The translations under genes were made by a program, and so were the position numbers. Under the pieces are notes generated by a model. The model was not told the origin of the DNA, did no database searches, and saw nothing but the letters and a program-made list of their open reading frames with translations. Below are positions 26,883 to 36,549 of a DNA stretch of 64,000 nucleotides, piece by piece. The DNA comes from a virus, in the IMG/VR virus record IMGVR_UViG_3300020213_000023, positions 1-64,000 of that record. One strand, written 5' to 3'. Numbering within the stretch: position 1 is the first letter of the stretch; each line of letters opens with the position of its first letter.

Positions 26883-27547
26883 GCTTCAAACCCTTCCGGG
26901 AGACCTTGTGATTCGGCGACCGGGCGGAAAGACCTGCGGTGCACCGCGGATGGTCCGTGTGCCGCCAGGAGCTTCTTGTGGGTGGGAACAGGGTAGCCCT
27001 TGTTCTTGTTGAATTCGTACTTCGGGTACCTTTCGTGAAGCTGAACCATGCGAGTGTCTCGCTTCACTTTGGCGATGATAGAGGCAGCGCCGATCTGCCA
27101 GATCTTTTTGTCGCCGTCGACTACCGTCCTGAAGGGGCATGGAATGTTGGGCGGGACTCGAATATCTCCATCAATCAAGACGAGGTAGTCTTCAGGCGCC
27201 TCACCAATGCCTCGGTGCTTGAGTTCTTCGAGCACCCTCGCGATGACCAAGCCAATCGTCTCGGGAAAGACGACGGATAGAAGACGTGCATCAATCTCCT
27301 TGTTGGTTCGTTCAATCAGGCAAGTCGCGAGTGCCTTTTCTTCCACCGCACGTGCGAGCACGGCACGGTGGTTATCGTCTTTGATTGATTTCGAATCGCC
27401 AACGACGAGGGTCTTCTCGCCCCGCACCCCGCGGAACATCGCGGTGACGCATTCAGTGAAATCGGAGAACGCAGCGGCCCCTACGACTAGCGGACCGGCC
27501 AAGGCACCACAGCCAACTTCGTCAACGCCGATGATTACCTTGGGCAT
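26879..27547 (-). CDS. rnhB: ribonuclease HII
   Basis: IIGVDEVGCGALAGPLVV, DSK, IDG, GAASIIAKVKRD, NKGYP, HRRSF. Confidence 0.95.
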   Translation of the reverse strand: MPKVIIGVDEVGCGALAGPLVVGAAAFSDFTECVTAMFRGVRGEKTLVVGDSKSIKDDNHRAVLARAVEEKALATCLIERTNKEIDARLLSVVFPETIGLVIARVLEELKHRGIGEAPEDYLVLIDGDIRVPPNIPCPFRTVVDGDKKIWQIGAASIIAKVKRDTRMVQLHERYPKYEFNKNKGYPVPTHKKLLAAHGPSAVHRRSFRPVAESQGLPEGFEA

Positions 27548-27728
27548 CGCTAACCTTTTCGTTTCGGGACGGACAGGAAGATTGGGCGAGGACGGAATCG
27601 GCTCCCTGTGCGGATTACGACGCGACGGCCGCAATCCACACAGTCTACTTTTTCACCGAGTAAACCGGAGACGCGTCTTCCGCACTCACAGAAAACGATC
27701 CGGATTCCTTTGGGGCGCCCCGGGCTAC

Positions 27729-27944
27729 TCATACCGAGGGTTTCTTTCCGATCGTCCACTGCACGCCCAATATTACAGATAGGTTGTAGAGGTGGACGAA
27801 CCCCAACGTGCTTCGCCCGTTTTCAATAGCCGTGTACTGCGCGCGCGACAGTTTCAGACGCTTCGCGACTTCGCCTTGGGTTAAGCCTCGCGCCATGCGA
27901 ATCGTCCGTACTTCGGACAAGAACTGTTCGTATGGGCTAGCCAC
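27729..27944 (-). CDS. XRE-family HTH transcriptional regulator
   Basis: IRMARGLTQGEVAKRLKLSRAQYTAIENG. Confidence 0.9.
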   Translation of the reverse strand: MASPYEQFLSEVRTIRMARGLTQGEVAKRLKLSRAQYTAIENGRSTLGFVHLYNLSVILGVQWTIGKKPSV

Positions 27945-29988
27945 GTGCTGCCATCCGACGGAAATACTTCTCGACTTGAGGCAGGTATCCTTCGACTTCT
28001 CGCATGTCTGACTGCACGGGGAATCCTAGGATCGAACGGACCTGTCGCCCGTAGGACTTGTCCCACACGCGGCTGTCTAGGATCGCTACCACACCACGGT
28101 CCGTTTTCGACCGGATAAGCCTGCCCGCACCCTGCCGAAGGTCCGTCAACATGTCGACCATCTGCACTCGCTTGAACGACGACTCACCTGCGAGACGTTC
28201 ACGCGCTTTGACAATCGGATCCTTGAAGTTGGGGAACGGCAACTTCGTGATGACCACGAGTCGAAGTCGCTCGCCCACGACATCGACACCCTCCCAGAAT
28301 GACTTCGAACCCACCAGGATGTTGTCGTGCGACTGCTTGAATCGCTCGAGGATCGACGGAGGGTCCCCGTCCCATGCGTTGCGGCTGTGTCCCTGGGCGA
28401 ACACACGGCCCGGGAACTTCCGCTTCAAAAACCCTGCGAACTCGTCCAGGTCGTCATTCGCTGTCGTGAGTACGAACGCGCCGCCGTTAGACAGCTCGAC
28501 GAGCCGTGCACACCGTTCGACACGAAGCTGCGTGTTCTCTGCGTAGTCGGTTGCGCCGCGGCTTCTGAACGGGATGTCCTTCGGCACGTAGAGGAAGCCT
28601 TGCATGGTGTAGTCGAAAGCCGGGGGCAAGACCGCAGTTTTGGTTGGCTCCACGCCGACGACGTCCGTCAGGTGATCGAAACTGTCGCTGATCGCGAGCG
28701 TTGCACTCGTCAACACCACGGACCTGACGAGCCCAAAGTAGTTCTTGGCAATGCCCCCCACGTTGACAGGGGCACAGTTGACATGGAAGCGCCCCCGTGC
28801 GTCCGCGTTGCCCGATGCCACGGTGTTCTCGAGGATGCGCGCCTTACGCCGTTCGTATTCTTCGGGTTCCTCTTCGTCGTTAGGTTTGACGTAGCCTTGT
28901 AGTGTGCGTACGCCTCGGATGAGATCAGTCATCTTGCGACGGCCTTGCGCAACCATCGCGAGATTTCCCTTCACGTCGTCGGGGACCTCGAGCGCTGCGA
29001 GGGTCTCCCAGAAACCAAGATCAGCAGGGGTTCCCTTCACGCCGTAATGGCCAAGCAGCGTGGCCATCTCGTTGTCGATCTCTTCGAGGCCCCCGATCGC
29101 ATCCTCGGCGTGATGTGGAAACACCGGAATCTCGCGGGCGTGCGTGTCGCGCCAGTGGCGGTTGGGGAGCGCACTGAACATGGCTTCCCAGATACTGCGG
29201 ACCCGGCCAGGCGCACCGAAGTTGAACGGGGTCTTCTTGATCGCCTCGTCGATGTCGGCCACCGCGTTCTCGGAAACCCGAACCGTAAAGGCTGCCCGAA
29301 TGCCTTCGGCGAGCTTGTGAGCTTCGTCGATAATGAGGACGTCGAATGGCCCGCCCACCAGCTTGCCGTGACCAAAGTACATATCCGAGCCGAGCATGTG
29401 GTGATTGATGACGACGATCTTCGATTGCGCGACGTTGCCTTTGAGGCGCATGTACCCGCAGGCACTTGCGTTCTTGCACCCTCGGCCGATGCAGTCTTCT
29501 GCAGTCGCGCCATTCCACCAAGACGGAGGGGCCCCGGGATATTCGGCCCGATCGCCGAATTGGCTGCGCCGCAAGAACTGCTCGTACGTGTTGTCCGCAG
29601 CGTGCTTTTCCGACAACAAGCGACACGCATAGTTCGCCTTGCCTTTGACCACGGTGGCCAGCAGTTGGCGATTTCCCTCGCTGTCAACGAGGAGCTTTTG
29701 CAGTTCGTCGTTCCCTACGACGCTCGCGATGGCGGGAAGGTCCTTGCCCTGAATCTGGTCTTGTAGCTGTTTCTTGGCCGTCGCGATGACGACGCGTCGT
29801 CCTTCTGCTAGAAGCGATGGAACCAAGTACGCGAGGCTTTTGCCAACACCGACAGGGCCTTCAACGAAAAACACGCCGCCATCACGAATGATGCTTTCGA
29901 CGTCCCCGGCCATCTGCAATTGCGACTGCCTCACTTCACGCACCAGGCCGAGCGTTGGGTCCGACAGAAATTCGAGCGTGGAAGGCAT
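27937..29988 (-). CDS. DinG/YoaA-family ATP-dependent DNA helicase
   Basis: EGPVGVGKS, LQDQI, KGKANYAC with Fe-S cysteines, DEAH, TSATL, FWEGVD, QGAGRLIR. Confidence 0.95.
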   Translation of the reverse strand: MPSTLEFLSDPTLGLVREVRQSQLQMAGDVESIIRDGGVFFVEGPVGVGKSLAYLVPSLLAEGRRVVIATAKKQLQDQIQGKDLPAIASVVGNDELQKLLVDSEGNRQLLATVVKGKANYACRLLSEKHAADNTYEQFLRRSQFGDRAEYPGAPPSWWNGATAEDCIGRGCKNASACGYMRLKGNVAQSKIVVINHHMLGSDMYFGHGKLVGGPFDVLIIDEAHKLAEGIRAAFTVRVSENAVADIDEAIKKTPFNFGAPGRVRSIWEAMFSALPNRHWRDTHAREIPVFPHHAEDAIGGLEEIDNEMATLLGHYGVKGTPADLGFWETLAALEVPDDVKGNLAMVAQGRRKMTDLIRGVRTLQGYVKPNDEEEPEEYERRKARILENTVASGNADARGRFHVNCAPVNVGGIAKNYFGLVRSVVLTSATLAISDSFDHLTDVVGVEPTKTAVLPPAFDYTMQGFLYVPKDIPFRSRGATDYAENTQLRVERCARLVELSNGGAFVLTTANDDLDEFAGFLKRKFPGRVFAQGHSRNAWDGDPPSILERFKQSHDNILVGSKSFWEGVDVVGERLRLVVITKLPFPNFKDPIVKARERLAGESSFKRVQMVDMLTDLRQGAGRLIRSKTDRGVVAILDSRVWDKSYGRQVRSILGFPVQSDMREVEGYLPQVEKYFRRMAARG

Positions 29989-30091
29989 GCGCCCCTTTCT
30001 AACATGATTGCTTGATAAACATAAAGCAACTAGCTAGCATCAACGTTAACTTTTACCAAAAACACACCCGAACTACGGACCGGAGAACACG

Positions 30092-30691
30092 ATGGAAGAA
30101 ACGCGCATTGGTGATTTTTCTCAGCCTCTCGTCCCGAAGCCAGTGACGAAAGCGGCTACAGGGGACACGAAGGTCCGTATGGAGGCAGCCGAGCAGAGCC
30201 TCGAGTCCGAAGCGAGAGATGCGGAAGCCGCACTCAAGCCGCTGAAGTCATACGAGGAGAAGCTGAAGGAGGCGGGAGTCACCAAGGACGAAGCCGCAGA
30301 CATCATCGACTCCGTGTTGATGAAGGGTTTCTGGTCAGAGACGATCAAGATTACGGCGCGCATTTCGATCAAGCTTCGAACACGCAGCGCACGCGACGTT
30401 CGACGCATCCAGGACTACCTGGAAGTTCACCGGCCCGTCTACGACACGCACTACACCGAGATCATGGGACGGATGACGCTCGCGGCGTCGCTCGAACAGC
30501 TGGGCACTGACAAGCTTCCTTTCCCCGGGAAAGATGCCAAGAACGAGGACTACGAAAAGGCGTTCCAAGAACGCGGCAACTACATTGAAGGTCTCGCTGA
30601 CCCAATCCTCCGTTTGCTGTTCCTGAAGCTGTGGGCTTTCGACGAGAAGATTCGCGCTGTTCTCGCGGAAGGTACGATCGAAAATTTCTAG
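30092..30691 (+). CDS. tail assembly chaperone (G-like)
   Basis: upstream of the tape measure; ends in A-AAT-TTC-TAG slippery site. Confidence 0.7.
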   Translation: MEETRIGDFSQPLVPKPVTKAATGDTKVRMEAAEQSLESEARDAEAALKPLKSYEEKLKEAGVTKDEAADIIDSVLMKGFWSETIKITARISIKLRTRSARDVRRIQDYLEVHRPVYDTHYTEIMGRMTLAASLEQLGTDKLPFPGKDAKNEDYEKAFQERGNYIEGLADPILRLLFLKLWAFDEKIRAVLAEGTIENF

Positions 30692-30723
30692 GCAGCCCAG
30701 GGGGGAATGCACGGGCTGTCCTA
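30682..30723 (+). other. programmed -1 frameshift signal
   Basis: X-XXY-YYZ heptamer A AAT TTC (30682-30688) plus GGCAGCCC/GGGCTGTC hairpin. Confidence 0.8.
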
Positions 30724-31104
30724 TTTGCGCGCGGCCTCACGCTTCCGCCTCTGGGCTCCGTAGAAGATCGCGTTCTTCGGGAAACGCTTTTTCGAGAGCG
30801 GCGGGAGCGCGTGGCGCAGGTAGAAGCGTTCGCCAAAATAGCGGCCCGCGTGTTCACCGTGGACCCTATGAAGGCGTTCGGATCGATTATCGCGGAATAC
30901 GAAGCTGAGGTATTCCAGGAGACTTACGACGCAGAGGTTTTGAGGGGGAAAATCGTTGCCATTCGAGAGGCGCAGAAACGGCTTCGCACCAAGCGTCTTC
31001 ACGATGAAAAGATGATCGATCGTCTCGAGCGAATGGGCGAGTACTACGACCACAAACTGGGACCCGACCTCAAGAAAGCACCGACGACGAGACCCGTAAA
31101 GTAG
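30682..31104 (+). CDS. tail assembly chaperone T-like segment, expressed by -1 frameshift
   Basis: -1 frame is open from the slippery heptamer to 31104; no convincing own start or SD. Confidence 0.7.
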   Translation, partial: KFLGSPGGNARAVLFARGLTLPPLGSVEDRVLRETLFRERRERVAQVEAFAKIAARVFTVDPMKAFGSIIAEYEAEVFQETYDAEVLRGKIVAIREAQKRLRTKRLHDEKMIDRLERMGEYYDHKLGPDLKKAPTTRPVK

Positions 31105-31105
31105 C

Positions 31106-31140
31106 TTTACCGCTCGGTGGTCGGCCGTTAGTATCAACGC
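31106..31140 (+). promoter_or_regulatory. leaderless-type promoter TTTACC-N17-TAGTAT-N6-ATG
   Basis: no SD before ATG 31141. Confidence 0.55.
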
Positions 31141-34100
31141 ATGGCGGACCAAGGAGGCGGCGAAACCATAAAGCAGATGCTCTCTGGGTTTAACCAGATG
31201 CAGATGCAGCTTGGTATTCTGCCCGTGCAATCGGCACAGACGCCTATGGGCGTCGGGTTTCAGCCGCCTCCTCCGCCGCCTCAAATCCCGCATCCATCGC
31301 AAGCAGCGATGATGGCGATGGCGCAGCAGCAGGCGATGACGCAGCAGACCATGCAGGCTGCGCAGATGGCGCGTTACATTCCGCCCCCTTCTTCGCCAAT
31401 CGGTGGGGGTGGTGGATACCAGCCGATGAACCCGTACCTCGCGGGCGCGATGAACGGCAACATGGGCGGGATGCCGAATCCGATGATGATGACGGCGCCT
31501 GCGTTTGGCAATTATCGTTCGGGAGGCAATTTTAGCCGTCCACACATTGGACAAGGCCACATCCCACCGATTTTCAATCCGTTTGCGCCGTCAGTACAGC
31601 AATCGCACTTCATGACTCCCGCGATGCAGAACCTGCAAATCATGCAAGGTGTGCAATCGCGCAGCACCGGCATGGCGGCAGGCGCGGTGGACGCAGGGTT
31701 CCGCTTCGGCGGCGCGGCTCTCGGCGCGTTGGCAGGCTCCGCGTTCGGTCCCTTGGGGACTCTCGCAGGCGGCTTCCTTGGTCACCAGATTGGCGGGTTC
31801 CTGGGTGGCATGGCGACGGGGCCGGGCGCCATGGACACCGCGCGAGGTCGTCAGCTCCAGAACATGTCGGCACCCTGGATGGTGTCGGGAGGCATCCTCA
31901 ATCCGTTCACCGGGCAAGGCATGGATCGCGAGGCAGCTCGCTCGACAGCGACAGGCCTGCGCCACATGGCGACACGTGACCACGATTTCCGACGTACAGG
32001 GTTCAACACCGAAGACGTCATGCGCATCACACAGCTGTCCAGCGACCAGGGGCTGCTGACTGCTTCACGGTCGCCCGAAGATGTCCTGCGTAAAGTGAAA
32101 GAGGTCTCGAAAGCGGTCAAGGTCTTGATGCAGATCACGGGCGACCCGGATGTGCGAAACGCAATCGCGTCAATCGGTCAAATGAAGGACCTAGGCTTCG
32201 TCGGCACTGCCGGTCAGGCGGGCGCTGTTGCCAATCGCGCGATGTTCGCGCGTATGGCTGGCGTGTCGCAAGGCGCGATGAACGATGTCTACGGCATGCC
32301 AGGCGCGATGATGGCACAGCAGTCTGGCATGGCAGGGTCCACGGGGTACATGGCGGGCATGGCAGGCGGCGCGGCAGCGAACATCGCGCGCTCGTCCGGC
32401 GCTCTTGATCCATTGCAGATGGCGCGGGCCGGTGGTGTTCAGGGTCTTGGGCAAATCAACGCGATGGCGCAATTGAGTGCGCAGAACCAAGACATCTACA
32501 TGGCGGCGGCCCTCAAGAAGGGCAAGGGGGGCATCGACATCGACATCGACGCATACCGCAAGGCCCAGACGATGTCGATCTCGGAGGTGTCCAAGCTCGC
32601 GGCTGAAAACATGCGAGAGCTGCAAAAGGAAGGTCATTTCGAGCTGGCCACACGCAAGCAGGAGTTCAAAGACAAGCTTGCACAGCAAATGACTCCGTTC
32701 GAGATGCAGATGAACGTGGTGAATCAAGCCCGCGGTCTCCAGAAGTCGGTTCCAGGCATGAACCTTGGCGCCGCGTTGCGCGTCACTGCACAGTCCAATG
32801 CGGTCGGCGCAGGGATGAGCGATGATCAAGCAGAGGCGGCGGGGCGGTCTATGGAGTTGCAGCTCACGAGCCGTGAGTATTGGGACGGCCAACTCCAGCA
32901 AAGAAAAGTTCAACGTCGCGAAGTTGCGCGTTCTGAAAAAGCCAAATGGGACCAGTTCCGCACGCCTGGCTTGGCGACGCGGATGGGCCGCGGCATCGAA
33001 GGAGCTTTCAACGTCGTGAGCGACACTCTTTCTTCGCCGTTCCGAAGCCTGTCCAATCGGATGGACCGCGCAGCAGAGGATGAGGCTGCGATGCATCGCG
33101 GCGAAAGAATCGTGCGACACGGCGCTTCGACGTTGATTGATGACGCTTCCGATCGAGCAATGGCTCGAGGCGCGCTGAAAGATATGCGTGGACGCGGGTC
33201 TTCGCGCGAGATGTCGTTTAACGACGGTCTAGGCGAGCGACTTCTCAATAACGTTGGAAGCTTCTTTGGCCTGTCTAGTACGAGCAGCATGGCTCTAGGC
33301 GCGCTGAAAGATATGCGTGGACGCGGGTCTTCGCGCGAGATGTCGTTTAACGACGGACTTCTCAATAACGTTGGAAGCTTCTTTGGCCTGTCTAGTACGA
33401 GCAGCATGGCTCTAGGCGCGCTGAAAGATATACATGAACGCGGGTCTTCGCGCGAGATGTCGTTTAACGACGGTCTAGGCGAGCGACTTCTCAATAACGT
33501 TGGAAGCTTCTTTGGCCTGTCTAGTACGAGCAGCTCGGTTCGTATTAACGAACTCGCACACGCGTCACGGCAACACATGTTCGGAAATTCGATCGGGGAA
33601 TCCTTCGGGGACCCGCAAGAATCTCTACGTCGCGTCATGGACGTCGTAGGTCAAGCGAAGGCCATGGACCGAGGTCAAACACTAACAGGCACCAAACGCA
33701 GTGACGTGATGGATAAGCTCCGCAAGTCCAGCGGAGTAAACATGGAGAAGGTAGTTTTCAACGCAGCTAGTCGTATCCACTCACTCAGTGGAACTGCAGG
33801 TACGTTTGATTCGGCTTCTGCCATGGGGCTTTCGGAACAAAAGGCCTCGTGGATCGAATCCCTCAAGAAGGGAGGAAAAACGACCGAAGAGGCTGAAAAG
33901 TTCTACGAAGCACACAAGGACGATCTTCACGCGCTGGGCGCGAAAGAACTCATGACGTGGGGCGGAAAAGACGTCAAGGAACGTCTCGGCAGGTCCAAGG
34001 ATATTCAAACTGCCATGGGCGGTATTAGGTCCAGCACAAGCACGTCAGCTGCGGACAAGGTAATCAACGAGAAGCTCGCCGGTGCCGGACTTGGTGCCCT

Positions 34101-34899
34101 TGGTAAAGACTTCTTCAGCGAAGGCCACCTCAAGGCGACGAAGAAGCTCTACGGCAAACACAGCGATGACGCGATTAAACTTGCGACAATGCTTTCTGCG
34201 CGAGGGGAAGGCACCGAAGCAAACAAGGTACGCGCGATGATAGGCATCAATGAAATGATGGGTTCGATGGGGGAAGAGGAATACAGCAAGCTGAAGGGCG
34301 AGGCTGACAAAATTGTAAATACAGCCGATCCGAACGCGCTCAAGGTACTTCGCTACGGTATGGGTGCAGGGACTGACGGGTCTCTCAAAGGCATCTCGGA
34401 ACGGCTTGGTAGTTTGAAAGACTTCTCCGGCGCGCGCATGGCCAAGACCGCCCAGGTTGCCATGCTGGAACATATCCGAGAAGCGACGGGCCGCGCAGAT
34501 GTTGGAGACAGTGTTACCGACGCAATATCACATCTGGACGCTGACGACGAAGACCAGATGCGCTGGTTCACGACGGCGCAACGGGCTCTGTTGAAGAAAG
34601 CACAAGCAGGAGATGAGGACGCCGCGGATGAATTCACACTGTCCCGCACTCCCAAAAGTACGACTGAGACGTACGGAGGTGCAAAGGGCGGCGCGCTGAA
34701 AGCGTACGACGAAGAGACAGCCAAAATGGCTGAACTGGCAGATCAAGTCGCTGTCGAGGGAGGGAGTGCCGCAAACCAACTCCTTGCTGACAGTTCCGTA
34801 ATGCTGGCCAAGGCGTCCGAGGATTTGCAAAAGACCAGCGACAATCTCAAAACTGCGATGAATGCTCCGGCCTGGATGAGCATGTTCGGAGGGAGCTAA
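31141..34899 (+). CDS. tail tape measure protein
   Basis: 1252 aa, Ala/Gly/Met-rich, Gly-zipper GGAALGALAGSAFGPLGTLAGG; lies between chaperones and baseplate genes. Confidence 0.75.
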   Translation: MADQGGGETIKQMLSGFNQMQMQLGILPVQSAQTPMGVGFQPPPPPPQIPHPSQAAMMAMAQQQAMTQQTMQAAQMARYIPPPSSPIGGGGGYQPMNPYLAGAMNGNMGGMPNPMMMTAPAFGNYRSGGNFSRPHIGQGHIPPIFNPFAPSVQQSHFMTPAMQNLQIMQGVQSRSTGMAAGAVDAGFRFGGAALGALAGSAFGPLGTLAGGFLGHQIGGFLGGMATGPGAMDTARGRQLQNMSAPWMVSGGILNPFTGQGMDREAARSTATGLRHMATRDHDFRRTGFNTEDVMRITQLSSDQGLLTASRSPEDVLRKVKEVSKAVKVLMQITGDPDVRNAIASIGQMKDLGFVGTAGQAGAVANRAMFARMAGVSQGAMNDVYGMPGAMMAQQSGMAGSTGYMAGMAGGAAANIARSSGALDPLQMARAGGVQGLGQINAMAQLSAQNQDIYMAAALKKGKGGIDIDIDAYRKAQTMSISEVSKLAAENMRELQKEGHFELATRKQEFKDKLAQQMTPFEMQMNVVNQARGLQKSVPGMNLGAALRVTAQSNAVGAGMSDDQAEAAGRSMELQLTSREYWDGQLQQRKVQRREVARSEKAKWDQFRTPGLATRMGRGIEGAFNVVSDTLSSPFRSLSNRMDRAAEDEAAMHRGERIVRHGASTLIDDASDRAMARGALKDMRGRGSSREMSFNDGLGERLLNNVGSFFGLSSTSSMALGALKDMRGRGSSREMSFNDGLLNNVGSFFGLSSTSSMALGALKDIHERGSSREMSFNDGLGERLLNNVGSFFGLSSTSSSVRINELAHASRQHMFGNSIGESFGDPQESLRRVMDVVGQAKAMDRGQTLTGTKRSDVMDKLRKSSGVNMEKVVFNAASRIHSLSGTAGTFDSASAMGLSEQKASWIESLKKGGKTTEEAEKFYEAHKDDLHALGAKELMTWGGKDVKERLGRSKDIQTAMGGIRSSTSTSAADKVINEKLAGAGLGALGKDFFSEGHLKATKKLYGKHSDDAIKLATMLSARGEGTEANKVRAMIGINEMMGSMGEEEYSKLKGEADKIVNTADPNALKVLRYGMGAGTDGSLKGISERLGSLKDFSGARMAKTAQVAMLEHIREATGRADVGDSVTDAISHLDADDEDQMRWFTTAQRALLKKAQAGDEDAADEFTLSRTPKSTTETYGGAKGGALKAYDEETAKMAELADQVAVEGGSAANQLLADSSVMLAKASEDLQKTSDNLKTAMNAPAWMSMFGGS
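33160..33534 (+). repeat. three in-frame tandem repeats (129, 117, 129 bp) inside the tape measure gene
   Basis: units start at 33160, 33289 and 33406; near-identical; copy 2 has a 12-bp deletion. Confidence 0.95.
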
Positions 34900-34901
34900 C
34901 C

Positions 34902-35105
34902 ATGGCTGTTCGCTCGGACATCAAAGAGCTGATTTTTGTTCCAACCGCTATCAACGTCGTGTTGTTGGTGAGCGAGAACATCTCTGACAACCTACGTTTG
35001 TCCAAAGCGTCTGATCTCGTGCTTCCCAGTCTCTATCGCCGCGCGTTCCTCGTTGTTGGCGAAACTGACGAGGTCGGCATCCTGCGCCACGAGAGAGGCC
35101 GGTAA
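34902..35105 (+). CDS. small hypothetical protein of the tail operon
   Basis: GGAG SD; 2-nt gaps on both sides. Confidence 0.7.
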   Translation: MAVRSDIKELIFVPTAINVVLLVSENISDNLRLSKASDLVLPSLYRRAFLVVGETDEVGILRHERGR

Positions 35106-35107
35106 TC

Positions 35108-36067
35108 ATGGCGGACCCTCTCTTTGGCACGCTCTACGACGACAACGAGACCAAAGGCATCAACCGCCGTCAACACGGCGTGTTTGGCCTGCACCCTCTG
35201 GCGACGCCTAAATACGCCTTCAACAAGGGGGCACGCGACAACGAGTTCAAGGAGTCGCTCGCTCGGATGTACGTATCGTTGGCTGACGCCAGCGAGCAGC
35301 TCAAGCAGCAGTACCTCACGAGCTTGCCTGGCGACGCTGCAACGCAAGCACTAGCGAAGGTGCTTGTCGGGCTCGGTCAGCAACGGGGCGGCACCGGCTT
35401 CATCGATTTCTTCCTGCAACAGGTCAACGAGTCCTGGCAAGAATCCGTACAAGTGGACAAGGTCCTGGGCGACAACTATGTCGCGTTCTACTTCGGACAG
35501 GAGCCACCCGTCTTTCAGTACGCAGGCACGCTACTCAACTCGCAACAGGACGACCAGAGGTCGGGGTTCGCTCTTGCGTACCAACAAATCATCCGAGGGA
35601 CCCAGCTTGCCCGTCGCAACGCGCTTCTGCGCATCCGGTACGACAACGTCATCGTGTCCGGCTCGATGAACTCACACACACAGGCCATCAACGCAGAGAA
35701 TGAGATGGTCGTTCCTTTCACCTTCTCTCTGTTGGTGAAGGAGTATGTGGTTCTTCAGAACCCGCGGTTTACGAAGAAAAGTCGCCGCGACTTCGTACAA
35801 CTCGCGACTCAATTTGCATCGGGTGAGCTTGGGCCGGTTGGGCGCGTGTCTGATGTTCGCGTTCGTTCCATTATGGTGCAACCGAACGTGTCGGCAGCAG
35901 AGTCGTCTGCAGGGCCCGACGAACCTGACCCGACGATTGACTCTGACTTGTCTGCACCCATTCAGATGGATTTGAAGATGAACGGCGTGGTCACGGAAGA
36001 AATCAACGCGAGTGCTGACCTTGGCACCATGACACTGGAACCGTTTCGTCCTGTAGCTAATCGGTAG
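35108..36067 (+). CDS. putative virion protein (tube-initiator/hub position)
   Basis: position after the tape measure; beta-rich. Confidence 0.55.
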   Translation: MADPLFGTLYDDNETKGINRRQHGVFGLHPLATPKYAFNKGARDNEFKESLARMYVSLADASEQLKQQYLTSLPGDAATQALAKVLVGLGQQRGGTGFIDFFLQQVNESWQESVQVDKVLGDNYVAFYFGQEPPVFQYAGTLLNSQQDDQRSGFALAYQQIIRGTQLARRNALLRIRYDNVIVSGSMNSHTQAINAENEMVVPFTFSLLVKEYVVLQNPRFTKKSRRDFVQLATQFASGELGPVGRVSDVRVRSIMVQPNVSAAESSAGPDEPDPTIDSDLSAPIQMDLKMNGVVTEEINASADLGTMTLEPFRPVANR

Positions 36068-36075
36068 GAGGCCGC

Positions 36076-36549
36076 GTGGGATTTTCATTCATTGAGGCGG
36101 ACCTTGTTTGTTGGACAGGCACCCTCAGCACGTTCGAACAGCGCCTGATGCGTCCTCTGCCGATGTACGCACTCGAGCAGCTGCGTGTTCGATTCCTTCA
36201 CGTCGTCACAACATCAAAGGAACAAGCCAAAGTCGCACGTTCCGTGCTTCAGATGGCGTTCGATACCGAGATTGGCGCCACGCTCGCCAAGCTCATCACG
36301 GTAGCGCCCGATGCTCTTACGTCACGTGTGTGTGAGCGCCGTCGATTCCTCGAGATTGATGCAGATATGCAGGCGTTCAAGTTCCTCTGGGCTCCCGCCC
36401 TAGACGCAGTACGTGAGCAGGAGTTCCTGCCTCTCAAGTACGTCGAGCTTCTCGAGCTGCACTACGAAGCGGCGTATCCGCGTTACCGTGTTAGCGCAAT
36501 CGCGGCGCTCCTCTGTATGGCCGCTTCGTACCTTGTCGAGGACGCATGA
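36076..36549 (+). CDS. hypothetical protein
   Basis: GGAGG SD, GTG start, ATGA overlap with the next gene. Confidence 0.7.
   Translation: MGFSFIEADLVCWTGTLSTFEQRLMRPLPMYALEQLRVRFLHVVTTSKEQAKVARSVLQMAFDTEIGATLAKLITVAPDALTSRVCERRRFLEIDADMQAFKFLWAPALDAVREQEFLPLKYVELLELHYEAAYPRYRVSAIAALLCMAASYLVEDA

Noticed and set aside
33160-33534. CRISPR array
   Set aside because: The units are contiguous in-frame coding repeats without unique spacers; no cas genes or other arrays were seen.
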